Assembly (NCBI GenBank): GCA_965204885.1
Contig: OZ242019.1
Coordinates: forward strand, 109,521 to 173,520
DNA: 64,000 nucleotides
From: Dehalococcoidia bacterium
Lineage (GTDB): Bacteria > Chloroflexota > Dehalococcoidia > UBA6926
Direction of reading: 5' to 3'
Shown: piece after piece, positions 1 through 10,358 of the stretch
Layout of the letters: every line of letters begins with the position of its first letter
Numbering within the stretch: the first letter of the stretch is position 1
Notes under the pieces: model-generated
The model's database searches: none
Seen by the model: only the letters and a program-made list of their open reading frames with translations
Told to the model about the DNA's origin: nothing
Position numbers and translations under genes: made by a program

Positions 1-964
1 CAAGCAGCCGTTCCGCCTCAATTCGCGTCTCCCTCATATACGCCCCGAAGTCGAATACGCCGGGATCACGGTGCCGCTCTGTGGGTGGCTCAGGAACGCG
101 GAACACGGGCGGCGGCTGATCCAGGGCAATTGCCGCCGCCTCCGCGGCCACCATGTTCGCCACGGTCTCGTTGATCGTCGTCATATCGCCGCTCGCTGCA
201 TACCGTTGCCCCAGGGGATGGAAGAACAGGTAGTGGTGGACCCACTCATGGAGGATCGTGCGTATGGTTGAATCACGCGTTGACGTGGACTTGACCAGCG
301 CTGGATATGTTCCCATCCCGCCGATATTGACCACGAGCGCCGAGAGCCCCCTATCCGTCAGCGCTCGTTCAAGGCGGAGTATCTCTTCCGTCGAGATCTC
401 CGGTCGCAGCGGCAGCGACTCCATCAATGCGATTCGGTCACGCGGCGACACGGTCAACGCCCGCGGCAGGTCTTCCATCACAAACGAAACCGGCGGGAAG
501 ACGATCTCATCTAATATCGGCGGATCAGATACGAGGCCTGCCTCCCGCATCGTGTTCATCATCAACCCACGCAGTGCCAGGGTCGCCCGGGCTCGAATAT
601 CCTCCAGTTCCCGCTCGATAGCCGTCTCTTCTTCCAATGCCTCGAGCAGTTCAGGGTCATCCGCAGGCCGGTTTGCCAACAGCCACTCAGCCCTGCCCGT
701 CGCCTCACGGAGTCGCGCGGTTGTCTCGAAGTATTCATCGATGGCGCCGGGGTTCTCAGGAGGAGTATTGAGCGCCGCAAAGATGTCTGCAGTATGGCGA
801 AGCTCCCACACCGCGATGTTGAAGCTTTCATGCGCCGCGGACGCCCGGACTCCGGCAACGATGTCACCGGCAGGCGCGACGCACCCTGGCAACGTCAATA
901 ACGCCCCGAGGACCGCCACGGCGAGAATTGCTATTCGGAGGGGCAACGCGCGAACGAAACCCAT
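1..964 (-). CDS. Putative HExxH zinc-metallopeptidase lipoprotein (partial; runs off left edge)
   Basis: Not in the ORF track. Manual reverse translation from ATG at 964 gives MGFVRALPLRIAILAVAVLGALLTLPGC (lipobox) ... GGMGTYP ... ILHEWVHHYLFFHPLG ... INETVA, open to the window edge. Confidence 0.75.
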   Translation of the reverse strand, partial: MGFVRALPLRIAILAVAVLGALLTLPGCVAPAGDIVAGVRASAAHESFNIAVWELRHTADIFAALNTPPENPGAIDEYFETTARLREATGRAEWLLANRPADDPELLEALEEETAIERELEDIRARATLALRGLMMNTMREAGLVSDPPILDEIVFPPVSFVMEDLPRALTVSPRDRIALMESLPLRPEISTEEILRLERALTDRGLSALVVNIGGMGTYPALVKSTSTRDSTIRTILHEWVHHYLFFHPLGQRYAASGDMTTINETVANMVAAEAAAIALDQPPPVFRVPEPPTERHRDPGVFDFGAYMRETRIEAERLL

Positions 965-1071
965 GCGGCTAGTATAGGCGCGGCGCATTGAGACACCGCG
1001 CGCCCTGCCGTAGAATGGTTCGATAAATCACCCGGTCGCCACCATGCGCACCGGCAGTTGGGGGGAGGGGA

Positions 1072-3126
1072 ATGCAGAACTACTCGACATCCGACATTCG
1101 TAACATCGTGCTCCTGGGACACAACGGTGACGGCAAGACGACGCTCGCAGAGCGCCTGCTGTTTCGGTCGGGCGCGCTGAGCCGAATGGGAAAGATCGAG
1201 GACGGCACCACGGCCTCCGACTTCGAACCCGAAGAGGAGCGCCGAGGCGGCTCCGTCAACCTCTCCATCCTCCCTGTCGAATGGACAGGCAAGAAGCTCA
1301 ACGTCCTCGATACACCGGGTTACATGGACTTCCTGGGCGAGATGCTCAGCGGCCTGCTCGTCGCTGACTCCGCCCTTATCGCCGTGGATGCCTCTACCGG
1401 TCCGCAGGTCGGCACGGACGCGGCGTGGAGGAGAGCCTCAGGGCGCGGCCTCGCCCGCCTGCTTGTCCTCGCGAAGATGGATCGGGAAAACGCGGACTAT
1501 GACGCCATGTTCTCGGTGGTTCGCAGTCGTTATGGCACCGGCTGCGCCCCCGTTACTGTTCCAATCGGCGCGGGCGATTCGTTCCGCGGCGTGGTCGATG
1601 TTCTAAGCAAGAAAGCGTACCTCGAGGACGGCACGGAATCAGACGTGACTGATGACATGGGTGTGGACGTCGACTCGTACCGCGAGCAGGTCATTGAGGC
1701 CGCGGCAGAAGCGGACGATGACCTCGCCACTAAGTACCTCGAGGGCGAAGACATCACGGATGATGAGCTGCAGGCAGCGCTGCGTACGGGTGTTATGTCG
1801 GGCGATGTTTTTCCGGTGCTTGCCGCGTCAGCCCAGGCGGGCGCCGGCACGGATGCCCTGCTGAACGTCCTGGCAAACCTAACACCGAGCCCAGCGGACG
1901 TGAGCGCCCCCTCCGCCCAGACTGCCTCAGGCGAAGAGGCGACCATCACCCCGGACTCGGCCGGCGCGCTTGCCGCCCTCATCTTCAAGACCACCGCGGA
2001 CCCGTTCGTCGGCAAGCTGTCCTACTTCCGTGTGCAGTCAGGCGTGATGAACACAAACAGCCAGGCATGGAACACGGCGCAGAATCAGCAGGAGCGCGTC
2101 GCGCAGATCATCGTCCCCATCGGCAAGGAACACGCCAATGTTGACAGCCTCGCGCCGGGAGACATCGGCGCGGTCGCCAAGCTCAACGTGTCGCGCACAG
2201 GCGACACACTGTCGACACGTGAGGCAGGCATTGCCCTCCCCGCTATCCAATTTCCTGAGCCAATCTTCAGCGTGGCGGTCGAGGCCAAGACCAAGGCCGA
2301 CCAGGACAAGATGGGCCCGGCCCTCGCGAGGCTGCTCGAGGAGGATCCGAGCCTCACGATGACCCGCGAGAGTGACACGCATGAGGTTATCGTCTCCGGC
2401 CTCGGCGATTCCCATATCGACGTTGCCGTCCACAAGCTGGCGCGCAAGTTTGGCGTGGAGGTGGAGACCGGCACACCCAAGGTGCCCTACCGCGAGACGA
2501 TTCGAATCTCCACCCGCGCCGAGTACAAGCACAAGAAGCAGACGGGTGGTCACGGTCAGTACGGCCATGTCGTGCTGCAACTGGAGCCGTTGAGCCGCGG
2601 CGAGGGTTTTGAGTTCGGCGAGAAGGTCGTTGGCGGCGCCGTGCCCAAGAATTTCATCCCGGCCGTGGAGAAAGGCATCCGCGACACTCTGCCGGAGGGC
2701 GCGGTGGCCCATTTCCCCATCGTGGATGTCCGCGCCGTGCTGGTTGACGGCAGCTTCCACTCCGTCGACTCCTCGGAAATGGCATTCAAGATCGCTGCGT
2801 CCACGGCCCTCAAGCAGGGCATCCAACAGGCGCAGCCCGTTCTCCTTGAGCCGGTCATGACGCTCGAAGTGGTCACTCCTGACGACTTCACCGGCGACGT
2901 GATTGGCAACCTCAACTCCAAGCGTGCTCACGTTCAGGGCATGACGACGGAGAATGAAGTCACGACGGTGCAGGCCGAGGCCCCGATGGCGGAAGTACTC
3001 CGCTATTCGACCGAACTCCGCTCCATGACACAGGGCCGTGCCTCATACACCATGCGTTTCTCTCACTACGAGGAGGTGCCCCAGCACCTGGCCCAAAAGA
3101 TCATCGATGACAGCGCAGAGTCCTAG
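1072..3126 (+). CDS. fusA: Elongation factor G-like protein (EF-G2 paralogue)
   Basis: GHNGDGKT, DTPG and KKQTGGHGQYG motifs, with full five-domain length. The effector loop is RGGSV rather than RGITI and the gene is outside the str operon, as expected for EF-G2. Confidence 0.9.
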   Translation: MQNYSTSDIRNIVLLGHNGDGKTTLAERLLFRSGALSRMGKIEDGTTASDFEPEEERRGGSVNLSILPVEWTGKKLNVLDTPGYMDFLGEMLSGLLVADSALIAVDASTGPQVGTDAAWRRASGRGLARLLVLAKMDRENADYDAMFSVVRSRYGTGCAPVTVPIGAGDSFRGVVDVLSKKAYLEDGTESDVTDDMGVDVDSYREQVIEAAAEADDDLATKYLEGEDITDDELQAALRTGVMSGDVFPVLAASAQAGAGTDALLNVLANLTPSPADVSAPSAQTASGEEATITPDSAGALAALIFKTTADPFVGKLSYFRVQSGVMNTNSQAWNTAQNQQERVAQIIVPIGKEHANVDSLAPGDIGAVAKLNVSRTGDTLSTREAGIALPAIQFPEPIFSVAVEAKTKADQDKMGPALARLLEEDPSLTMTRESDTHEVIVSGLGDSHIDVAVHKLARKFGVEVETGTPKVPYRETIRISTRAEYKHKKQTGGHGQYGHVVLQLEPLSRGEGFEFGEKVVGGAVPKNFIPAVEKGIRDTLPEGAVAHFPIVDVRAVLVDGSFHSVDSSEMAFKIAASTALKQGIQQAQPVLLEPVMTLEVVTPDDFTGDVIGNLNSKRAHVQGMTTENEVTTVQAEAPMAEVLRYSTELRSMTQGRASYTMRFSHYEEVPQHLAQKIIDDSAES

Positions 3127-3153
3127 CGAAGATTCGTTGCCAAAACGAGATCG

Positions 3154-3182
3154 GGGCGGCCAGTTGGCCGCCCGGACTTTTT
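3154..3182 (+). terminator. Intrinsic terminator between convergent EF-G2 and etfA genes
   Basis: GGGCGGCCA-GT-TGGCCGCCC stem followed by a T-run. Confidence 0.7.
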
Positions 3183-3207
3183 GTCGTTGTGAAACTGATT
3201 GAGCCGT

Positions 3208-4206
3208 TCAGCCCTGCATCAGCTTCTGAACCTCTTCAATGAGCGCCGGCAGCACCTGCTTGTAGTCGCCGACCACGCCGAAGCGCGACTCGCTGAAGAT
3301 GTTGGCCTCAGGATCACGGTTGATAGCCACGATGTTCTTGGAGCCGGAGCAGCCCGCCATGTGCTGGCTTGCGCCGGATAGAGCAATCGCGAAGTAGACA
3401 TCCGGGGAGACAACGCGCCCCGTGATACCGATCATCAGGTCCTGATCGCAGAAGCCGGAGTCAGTTGCCGCACGTGTCGCGCCAACCGCGGACTGCGGCA
3501 ACAGGGCCTGGAGCTTGTAGAGCTCATTGAAGCCGGACTCGTCGCCCATGCCGCGTCCGCCGGTCACGACAATCGTTGCATCCTCCATGCGGATGCCCTC
3601 AACCTGCGCGTCCTCATGCTTGACGAATCGCGAGCGGACGGACGAGGCATCCAGCCCGACGTCAACGTTGACCACGTTGCCGGAGCGGCCGCTCTGCGGC
3701 TCCGCGCCGTCATACGCCTTCATGTGGACCGTTGCAATGGCGGGCATCTTCGGGAATGAAACAACCTGCCTGAACAGGCCGCCTGCCACGGATCGCGCCG
3801 CTTGCAGCTGCCCATCCGCGATGCTCAAACCGGACGTGTCGGAAGCGATGCCCGTTTGCAGTCGCACCGCGAGGTATGGCCCAAGATCGCGCCCGTTGGG
3901 CGTGTGGCCAATCAGGATGATGCGCGGGTTCGCCTGCTGGGCAATGGCGATAACTGCCGGAGTGTATGTCTCGTTCAGGTAGCTGGCGAACTGATCTCCG
4001 TCAACCAGATACACGGTGTCCGCGCCCAGATCGATGATGTCCTGCGCGCGATCACCCACGCCGCTGCCAATCAGCACCGCCGAAATCGGCTCGCCCAGGT
4101 CCGCTGACAGTCCCTGCGCCGCCGACATCAACTCGTTCGTAATCGAGCCCAGTGAACCGTCCGCGCCTGTCTCCGCAACAATCAGAATGCCGTTCTCACC
4201 GGCCAT
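3208..4206 (-). CDS. etfA: Electron transfer flavoprotein subunit alpha
   Basis: VVTGGRG, VGATRA, IGITG, ALSGASQH and AINRDPEANIF motifs. Confidence 0.95.
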   Translation of the reverse strand: MAGENGILIVAETGADGSLGSITNELMSAAQGLSADLGEPISAVLIGSGVGDRAQDIIDLGADTVYLVDGDQFASYLNETYTPAVIAIAQQANPRIILIGHTPNGRDLGPYLAVRLQTGIASDTSGLSIADGQLQAARSVAGGLFRQVVSFPKMPAIATVHMKAYDGAEPQSGRSGNVVNVDVGLDASSVRSRFVKHEDAQVEGIRMEDATIVVTGGRGMGDESGFNELYKLQALLPQSAVGATRAATDSGFCDQDLMIGITGRVVSPDVYFAIALSGASQHMAGCSGSKNIVAINRDPEANIFSESRFGVVGDYKQVLPALIEEVQKLMQG

Positions 4207-4260
4207 CTCTCGTTCTCCTTCTCGTTCTGTGATTCGGAATTGTCTCTGTTCAGGGCCGGC

Positions 4261-5052
4261 CTAAATGAGGCGTTCTTCACGCAGCCGCTGCGCCAACGCC
4301 TTGGCCGCCTCCGCCGGTGACTCACCCTCAATCATCTCCACGTTGGACGACTTCTCAGGCGCGAACAGGTCAATGACCTCCGTGAACGGGTCTGCCGCGT
4401 CCATCGCCTCAAGGTCTCCCTTGCCCCAGACTGTTGGATCTACGCGGCGGGCCGCCATGATGCCTCGCATCGTTGCGTACCGCGGCTGTCCAAGCTCGTT
4501 GGACACGGTCACCAGGGCGGGCAGTCGCGCAGCCACCGTGTCGATACCATCATCGACGATGCGGTCGATCTGCACCTCGTCTCCGGTCACCTCAACAGCG
4601 ATCGCGTTCGTGAGAACGGGAATATCCAGGATGGCCGCCAGGGCCGTCGCCACAATTCCCTGGTCAAGGTCGGATGACTGCCTGCCTGAAACAATGAGAT
4701 CAAAATCCCCGATCTTGCGGATCGCCGCCGCCAGCGCAGAGGCAACTGTCACCGGGTCGCCGTTCGGCAGATCAGGGTCCTGGACCAGGAAGAGGTCATC
4801 GGCGCCCATCGCCAGCGGCCGCTTGATCACGTCCAGCACGTGGCTCTCTCCGAGGCTCACGACGCTGACCGTTGTATCGGCATCGGCGTCCTTGATGCGA
4901 AGCGCCGCTTCCGCAGCGTAGTTGTCATAGTCGCTCACAGCTGCCGGGACGCTCGCCGCGACGGCCACTCTCTTGGCCGCCCGGTCCGCCGTGAATGAAC
5001 TCTGCGGCGCCTCCGGATCAGGCACTTGTTTAACGGTAACGATGATGCGCAT
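4261..5052 (-). CDS. etfB: Electron transfer flavoprotein subunit beta
   Basis: MRIIVTVKQVPD, LAMGAD, GRQSSD and PRY motifs; lies upstream of etfA. Confidence 0.95.
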   Translation of the reverse strand: MRIIVTVKQVPDPEAPQSSFTADRAAKRVAVAASVPAAVSDYDNYAAEAALRIKDADADTTVSVVSLGESHVLDVIKRPLAMGADDLFLVQDPDLPNGDPVTVASALAAAIRKIGDFDLIVSGRQSSDLDQGIVATALAAILDIPVLTNAIAVEVTGDEVQIDRIVDDGIDTVAARLPALVTVSNELGQPRYATMRGIMAARRVDPTVWGKGDLEAMDAADPFTEVIDLFAPEKSSNVEMIEGESPAEAAKALAQRLREERLI

Positions 5053-5263
5053 TCATACCCCCAAAAACCCGTCTTACATGGGAACGCCTCCAGCATCTGG
5101 AGGCACTAAATGTATAGCATTCTGGGTTGATTAGTGTCAAATTGCACAAACGGGGCGGGCGCCCCTCAAACGACCCTCGTCAAGCCCAAAATCCCCATAC
5201 CCCGTGCTATACTGCCCCGAATGGCGGGATGAGCAGCCGAAACTGGGCGGGAGGGGCGGTATT

Positions 5264-7417
5264 GTGATCCCTGAGAAGGAATTTCTCTGGACAATCGGCG
5301 ACCTTAAGTGGATCCTCTTCGCGCTTGCCGGCCTCACGGTCGCATACATCTTTTACCGACTCTATGAGCGTGCCCAGCTATGGAAACTCGGCCAGCCGGC
5401 TGACCGCCTCGGCAATCCCATCACACGCGGCATCGCATTCACCCGTCTCCTCGTTACCCAAGGCTACGGCCATGAGAAATTCCTGCGAGACCGCTACGGC
5501 GGCTTCATGCACCTGCTCATCTTCTGGGGCGCGTCCATGCTCTTCCTCGGCACCGCCGTCGGCACCGTTGAAGAAGAATTCCTCTACCCGCTCAAACACC
5601 GGGGAGTGTTGGAGTGGCCGATTGGCAACTGGTACCTGTACTCCTCGCTCGCGTGGGACATCGGTGGGCTCATGGCCCTCGCGGGCCTCACGATGGCCAT
5701 CTTCCGCCGTTCTGCCATCCAGAAACCCCACTCTCCCGGCCTCCTCGATGACAAGATCATCCTCACGCTCGCCATCATTCTCATCTTCCAGGGATTCGGC
5801 CTTGAAGGACTGAGGCAGCTCGGCCAGACGTCGTTCGGCATTGAATATCTCGACCATCCGGATTGGGCCATCTGGTCGCCCGGCGGCTTTGCGTTCGCCG
5901 CATTCTTCTACGAGTTTGCCGGCATCCGCGCCGACACGGCTGAAACGATCTATCGGGGCCTCTGGTGGTTCCACTCAGCCACTGTCCTCGGGTCTTTGCT
6001 GTACGCCGCCTTCACGCTCTCCAAGTTCAGCCACACGTGGATCTCCCCCGCCAACTGGTTCTTCCGCAACCTTGAGCCGCGCGGCAAGCTGCAGGCAATC
6101 CCCAACCTCGAAACTCGAGAGACGTTTGGCGCGGCAACACTGACCGATTTCACGTGGAAGCAGCTTATGGACGGCGACGCCTGCACGCGGTGCAGCCGCT
6201 GCACGGACAACTGCCCTGCCAACATCACCGGCAAGACCCTCTCGCCGATGATGGTCATCCAGAACCTCAAGGGATACGTCGGCTCCTACGGAGAAGCGCT
6301 CTACAAAGCCGGGGGCGACGAGTCCAAGGTGAATCAGTCACTTATCATGGCTCCGGCCGGTGAGGTCGTCGACGAGGAAGACCTGTGGTCATGCGTCACG
6401 TGCGGCGCGTGCATGGAGGCCTGCCCCGTCTTTATCGAACACGTCCCCACAATCGTTGAGATGCGCCGGGCGCTCGTCATGAACGAGGGTCGCTTGCCGG
6501 AGACGGCAGAGGCCGCGCTCCGCAGCCTCGAAACGCGGGGGCATCCGTGGAGCGGCATGAGCCGCACCCGAACGGAATGGGCGGAGGGGCTCGACGTTCC
6601 GCTCATATCTGAGGTCGAGAACCCGGAGGAGCTGGAAGTCCTGTATTGGGTTGGCTGCGCCGCGTCCATGGAGGACCGCTCCATGCGTATCGCCCGGGCG
6701 ACCGGACGCATCCTCATCAACGCCGGAATCAAGTTTGCGATTCTCGGTGATGAGGAATCCTGCACCGGCGACCCTGCTCGCCGCATCGGCATGGAGTACC
6801 TGTTCCAGCTCCAGGCCATGCAGAACGTGGAGACGCTGGATCGTTACGGCGTCAAGACAATCGTCACCACCTGCCCCCACTGCTTCAACACCATCTCGAA
6901 CGAGTACCCGCAATTTGGCGGCAACTACCAGGTGATGCACCACACGCAGTACCTGCAGAGCCTCGTCGCGGATGGCCGTCTAACCCTAGACCAGACCCGG
7001 CAGGGCCCGACCTTCGGCACCGTCACCTACCATGATCCCTGCTACCTCGGCAGGCACAACGGCGTGTATGACGCGCCGCGTGAGGTTGCCGACGCCATCC
7101 CCGGCATCGACAAGGTCACGGAGATGGGGATGCACCGCAACCGCGCATTCTGCTGCGGCGCGGGCGGCGGTCACATGTGGATGGAAGACGGCCCCGGTAA
7201 TGAGAAGATCAACCACCGACGAACCCGCCACGCAATTGAGGCGGGAGCCGATGTCATCGCGGTCGCCTGCCCGTTCTGCGCCCAGATGTTTGAGGACGGC
7301 GTCCGTGTCACGGGCCAGGACGAGACGATGCGTGTTCTTGATCTCTCGGAGATGATCGTCCAGACCATCGACGAGCCGGAGCCCGCCGCTGCCGCGGAAG
7401 ACTCCGAGTCCGGCTAG
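5264..7417 (+). CDS. Membrane Fe-S oxidoreductase (NarI-like TM + 2x[4Fe-4S] + 2 CCG domains), EtfD/EMO/FadF type
   Basis: N-terminal TM helices with His; CTRCSRCTDNCP and CVTCGACMEACP; CCG-domain motifs (YWVGC, TTCPHC, YHDPC, FCCGAGGG, ACPFC). GTG start at 5264 follows GGGAGGGG. Divergent from etfBA. Confidence 0.88.
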   Translation: MIPEKEFLWTIGDLKWILFALAGLTVAYIFYRLYERAQLWKLGQPADRLGNPITRGIAFTRLLVTQGYGHEKFLRDRYGGFMHLLIFWGASMLFLGTAVGTVEEEFLYPLKHRGVLEWPIGNWYLYSSLAWDIGGLMALAGLTMAIFRRSAIQKPHSPGLLDDKIILTLAIILIFQGFGLEGLRQLGQTSFGIEYLDHPDWAIWSPGGFAFAAFFYEFAGIRADTAETIYRGLWWFHSATVLGSLLYAAFTLSKFSHTWISPANWFFRNLEPRGKLQAIPNLETRETFGAATLTDFTWKQLMDGDACTRCSRCTDNCPANITGKTLSPMMVIQNLKGYVGSYGEALYKAGGDESKVNQSLIMAPAGEVVDEEDLWSCVTCGACMEACPVFIEHVPTIVEMRRALVMNEGRLPETAEAALRSLETRGHPWSGMSRTRTEWAEGLDVPLISEVENPEELEVLYWVGCAASMEDRSMRIARATGRILINAGIKFAILGDEESCTGDPARRIGMEYLFQLQAMQNVETLDRYGVKTIVTTCPHCFNTISNEYPQFGGNYQVMHHTQYLQSLVADGRLTLDQTRQGPTFGTVTYHDPCYLGRHNGVYDAPREVADAIPGIDKVTEMGMHRNRAFCCGAGGGHMWMEDGPGNEKINHRRTRHAIEAGADVIAVACPFCAQMFEDGVRVTGQDETMRVLDLSEMIVQTIDEPEPAAAAEDSESG

Positions 7418-7546
7418 CCCAGAATCCTTCAAGAGACAGGATCGGCGAGGCGTGCAAACTCCCCTACCGCGCTCCCAATCTGCTTATAATGGGGCTGTGA
7501 AAGTGTTCACTCTGTTTTTCTCGGCAAGCGCGGAGCACACCCTGTA

Positions 7547-8680
7547 ATGCGGCTTCCACGCATCATGGGCTACCAGCGGCAACCTCGCAGAGAGGGTGAC
7601 AATGAGCTCGACGAGCTTTTGCGCCCAGTGCGAGAACTTCTAGGCCGGTTGAGGGGTGGGTCAGGAAGCGGCCAGGGCGGCCCCCCCAGGCCCCCGACCG
7701 ATGCAGGCTCGCAGCGTCCTCCCATGCCCATTGCGCGCATCGGCGGAATCATTCTTGGGGTTATCGTTCTCGTGTGGCTCGGCTCCGGTATCTACATCGT
7801 CAACCCGGGTGAGGTCGCCGTCGTCCGAACATTCGGCAACTGGAACGGCGATCAGCAGACAGAGGGACTGCATTGGCATATTCCCTGGCCTGTGGAGCGC
7901 CAGGACGTCCTGAGCATTCAGCGCGTCCAGAACATGGAGCTTGGATTCCGAAGTGTCGGAGAAATCGGTTCCGGTGAGGGCCTCGTTCAGAGGCCTACTG
8001 AGTCACGTATGATCACCGGCGACGAAAACCTTGTCGATGTTCAGTTGGTTGTTCAATACCGCATTCGTGACGCCGGCGCGTTCCTCTTCAACGTCAAGGA
8101 CCCATCTGAGGGCGGACGCCCTGACGGATTCACATTGCGTGATGCAACGGCCTCCGCGCTGAGACAAGTCGTGGGACAGCGTCCCATTGACGATGTGCTG
8201 ACAACCGGCAAGGAAGTGGTGCAGGTTGAAACGCAGCAGCTCCTGCAGCGGCTGTTGGACGACTATGGCACCGGCATCATGGTCGTCAACGTGCAGTTGC
8301 AGGATGTCCAGCCGCCCGACGAAGTGCAGGAGTCCTTCAAGGACGTCATCAGCGCGCGCGAGGATCGCGCCCGGTTCATCAACGAAGGTGAGGCGTATCG
8401 GGAGGACATCGTTCCCAGGGCGCGTGGTGAGGCCGCCCGCATTGTCCAGGCTGCGGAGGCCTTCAAGGTGGAGCGTGTACGTGAGGCAACAGGTAATGCC
8501 AGCCGGTTCCTTGAGCGACTGCGAGAGTACCGCAATCACCCCGAAGCAACGCGTCGCCGCCTCTATATCGAAATGATGGAGCGCATCCTCCCCAGGGTCG
8601 AAGTTATCGTCGTTGACGATGAAATCGGCGGTAATGTTCTGCCGTTCCTGCCGCTGACTGACCAGGAGACGGGGGCCTAG
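7547..8680 (+). CDS. hflK: FtsH protease modulator HflK
   Basis: SPFH domain with MITGDENLVDV, VQPP and PRARGEA; paired with hflC. Exact start uncertain. Confidence 0.93.
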   Translation: MRLPRIMGYQRQPRREGDNELDELLRPVRELLGRLRGGSGSGQGGPPRPPTDAGSQRPPMPIARIGGIILGVIVLVWLGSGIYIVNPGEVAVVRTFGNWNGDQQTEGLHWHIPWPVERQDVLSIQRVQNMELGFRSVGEIGSGEGLVQRPTESRMITGDENLVDVQLVVQYRIRDAGAFLFNVKDPSEGGRPDGFTLRDATASALRQVVGQRPIDDVLTTGKEVVQVETQQLLQRLLDDYGTGIMVVNVQLQDVQPPDEVQESFKDVISAREDRARFINEGEAYREDIVPRARGEAARIVQAAEAFKVERVREATGNASRFLERLREYRNHPEATRRRLYIEMMERILPRVEVIVVDDEIGGNVLPFLPLTDQETGA

Positions 8681-8682
8681 TC

Positions 8683-9597
8683 ATGCAGCAACGCCAGGGG
8701 GGAGCCAACGTACAGCGACTGGTCAGCATCGCCCTAATCTTACTGGGCGGCGCCCTCCTCATTCTTCTCAGTCAGAGCGTCTATATTGTCGACGAGACTG
8801 AGCAGGTCATTATTACCCGCGTCGGAGAGTATCGCCGTGAGGCCACTGAACCCGGCCTTCGCTTCAAGGCGCCGTTCATTGAGTCAGTACACCGGATTGA
8901 AAAGCGCCTGCTGCGGTTTGACTCGGAGCCGTCCGAATTCCTCACCGCCGAGAAGAAGGCGCTCATTATCGACTCCTACGCCCGTTACCGCATCATCAAC
9001 GCCCGGCAGTTCTTCGAGGTCGTCCGCACTGAGTTGGGCGCTCGCGGCAGGTTGGAGGCCATCATCTCCTCGGAAATCCGCGAGGAAGTCGCCACTCATG
9101 ATCAGATTGAAGTCATCCGTGATAACCGTGAATCTCTCATGCGCAACGTCACGGAGCGCAGCAACGTCAAGGCACAAGAATTTGGCATGTCCGTTGTAGA
9201 CGTCCGCATCGTCGGCGCGGACTTCCCGGCTGAGGTCGCCACCAGCGTCTATGACCGGATGCGCTCAGAGCGAACACGAATCGCCAACCGCTTCCGCGCG
9301 GAAGGTGATGAGGAGAAGGCAAAGATCGAGGCTGAGGCCGACCTTGAGCGCGCCCAGATTCTCGCAGAGGCCAATGAGAGAGCGCGGACTATTCGCGGTG
9401 AGGGTGAAGCAGAGGCCATCGGCATCCAGGGCCGCGCCATCGACACCGACCGCGATTTCTACAACTTCGTCAGGACCCTTGAAGCGTATGAACTTTCATT
9501 GACGGACGGCACAACCCTTGTGGTTCCGCTCGATTCGGACTTCTATCAGTTCCTGACGGACGTTTATCCAATCGGCGACGAACGCCGCACCGACTAA
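8683..9597 (+). CDS. hflC: FtsH protease modulator HflC
   Basis: PGLRFKAPF, VYDRMRSER and FYNFVRTLEAY motifs. Confidence 0.93.
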   Translation: MQQRQGGANVQRLVSIALILLGGALLILLSQSVYIVDETEQVIITRVGEYRREATEPGLRFKAPFIESVHRIEKRLLRFDSEPSEFLTAEKKALIIDSYARYRIINARQFFEVVRTELGARGRLEAIISSEIREEVATHDQIEVIRDNRESLMRNVTERSNVKAQEFGMSVVDVRIVGADFPAEVATSVYDRMRSERTRIANRFRAEGDEEKAKIEAEADLERAQILAEANERARTIRGEGEAEAIGIQGRAIDTDRDFYNFVRTLEAYELSLTDGTTLVVPLDSDFYQFLTDVYPIGDERRTD

Positions 9598-9604
9598 ACC
9601 TCTC

Positions 9605-9631
9605 CGTCATTCCCGGGAAAGCGGGAATCCA
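9605..9631 (+). repeat. CGTC-type REP-like palindrome
   Basis: CGTCATTCCCGGGAAAGCGGGAATCCA; related copies at 23489, 38969 and 39368. Confidence 0.85.
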
Positions 9632-9650
9632 TGATCCCCGAAACGCGTAC

Positions 9651-10358
9651 TTAAGCCGTAGCGCTGCTGCCCACCGGGCACACGTCTATCAGTACACATT
9701 CGGAACACAGCGGCTTTCGCGACTTGCACACGTCCTTGCCATGCGCCACGAACAGCGCATGGTATTCGTTGAACAGCTGCACGTCCGTCGGCAGCGATTC
9801 GTGAAAGAGGGCGTGCACGGTGTCATACGAGGGCCTGGACTCTGCATCGATAATGCCCAGCCGACCCAGCACGCGGATGGTGTAGGCGTCGATGACGAAC
9901 GACGGCAGATTTCCGGCGTAGAGCAGCATTGAATCCGCCGTCTCCGGCCCAACGCCGTGGAGGCTCAAAAGCTCCTCCCGCAGTTCGTCGAGAGGTTTGG
10001 AAGCAAACAGTTTCTCAATGTCATCGCCATAGCCGGCAAGATAATCTCCCAGCGCGCGGAGTTTGCGTGCCTTGGCGTTGAAATAACCGGACGGGCGGAT
10101 CAGTGCGGCAAGGTCGTCGAGTGGCCGCGCCCGCAGCGCCTCCGGGTTCAAAGCATCGCTCTCCCGAAGCGCAGAAATCGCCTTCTCCACGTTCGTCCAC
10201 GCCGTGTTCTGCGTCAGGATCGCCCCGACCATCACTTCGAAAGGTGTTTCCCCCGGCCACCAATGCTGCTCGCCGTATGCGGCGAAGAGCCGGTCGTAGA
10301 GTTCAGACAGGCCGAGTGGTTTCTTTCGCCTCCGGGCGAGAGGTTTACGCGTTGTCAC
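9651..10358 (-). CDS. Endonuclease III-related HhH-GPD DNA glycosylase
   Basis: GAILTQNTAW, HhH motif LLSLHGVGPETAD, IDAY and C-terminal CKSRKPLCSECVLIDVC Fe-S motif. GTG start chosen. Confidence 0.88.
   Translation of the reverse strand: MTTRKPLARRRKKPLGLSELYDRLFAAYGEQHWWPGETPFEVMVGAILTQNTAWTNVEKAISALRESDALNPEALRARPLDDLAALIRPSGYFNAKARKLRALGDYLAGYGDDIEKLFASKPLDELREELLSLHGVGPETADSMLLYAGNLPSFVIDAYTIRVLGRLGIIDAESRPSYDTVHALFHESLPTDVQLFNEYHALFVAHGKDVCKSRKPLCSECVLIDVCPVGSSATA

Noticed and set aside
258-977. 239-aa plus-strand ORF
   Set aside because: Ser/Arg-rich shadow of the real minus-strand HExxH gene.
1072-3126. Tetracycline ribosomal protection protein or defective EF-G
   Set aside because: Domain IV motifs are EF-G-like, and the G-motif deviations (RGGSV, AKMD) are within known EF-G2 variation.
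5264-7417. Heterodisulfide reductase implying methanogen-like metabolism
   Set aside because: CCG domains are shared across families; the etfAB context points to an ETF:quinone oxidoreductase.
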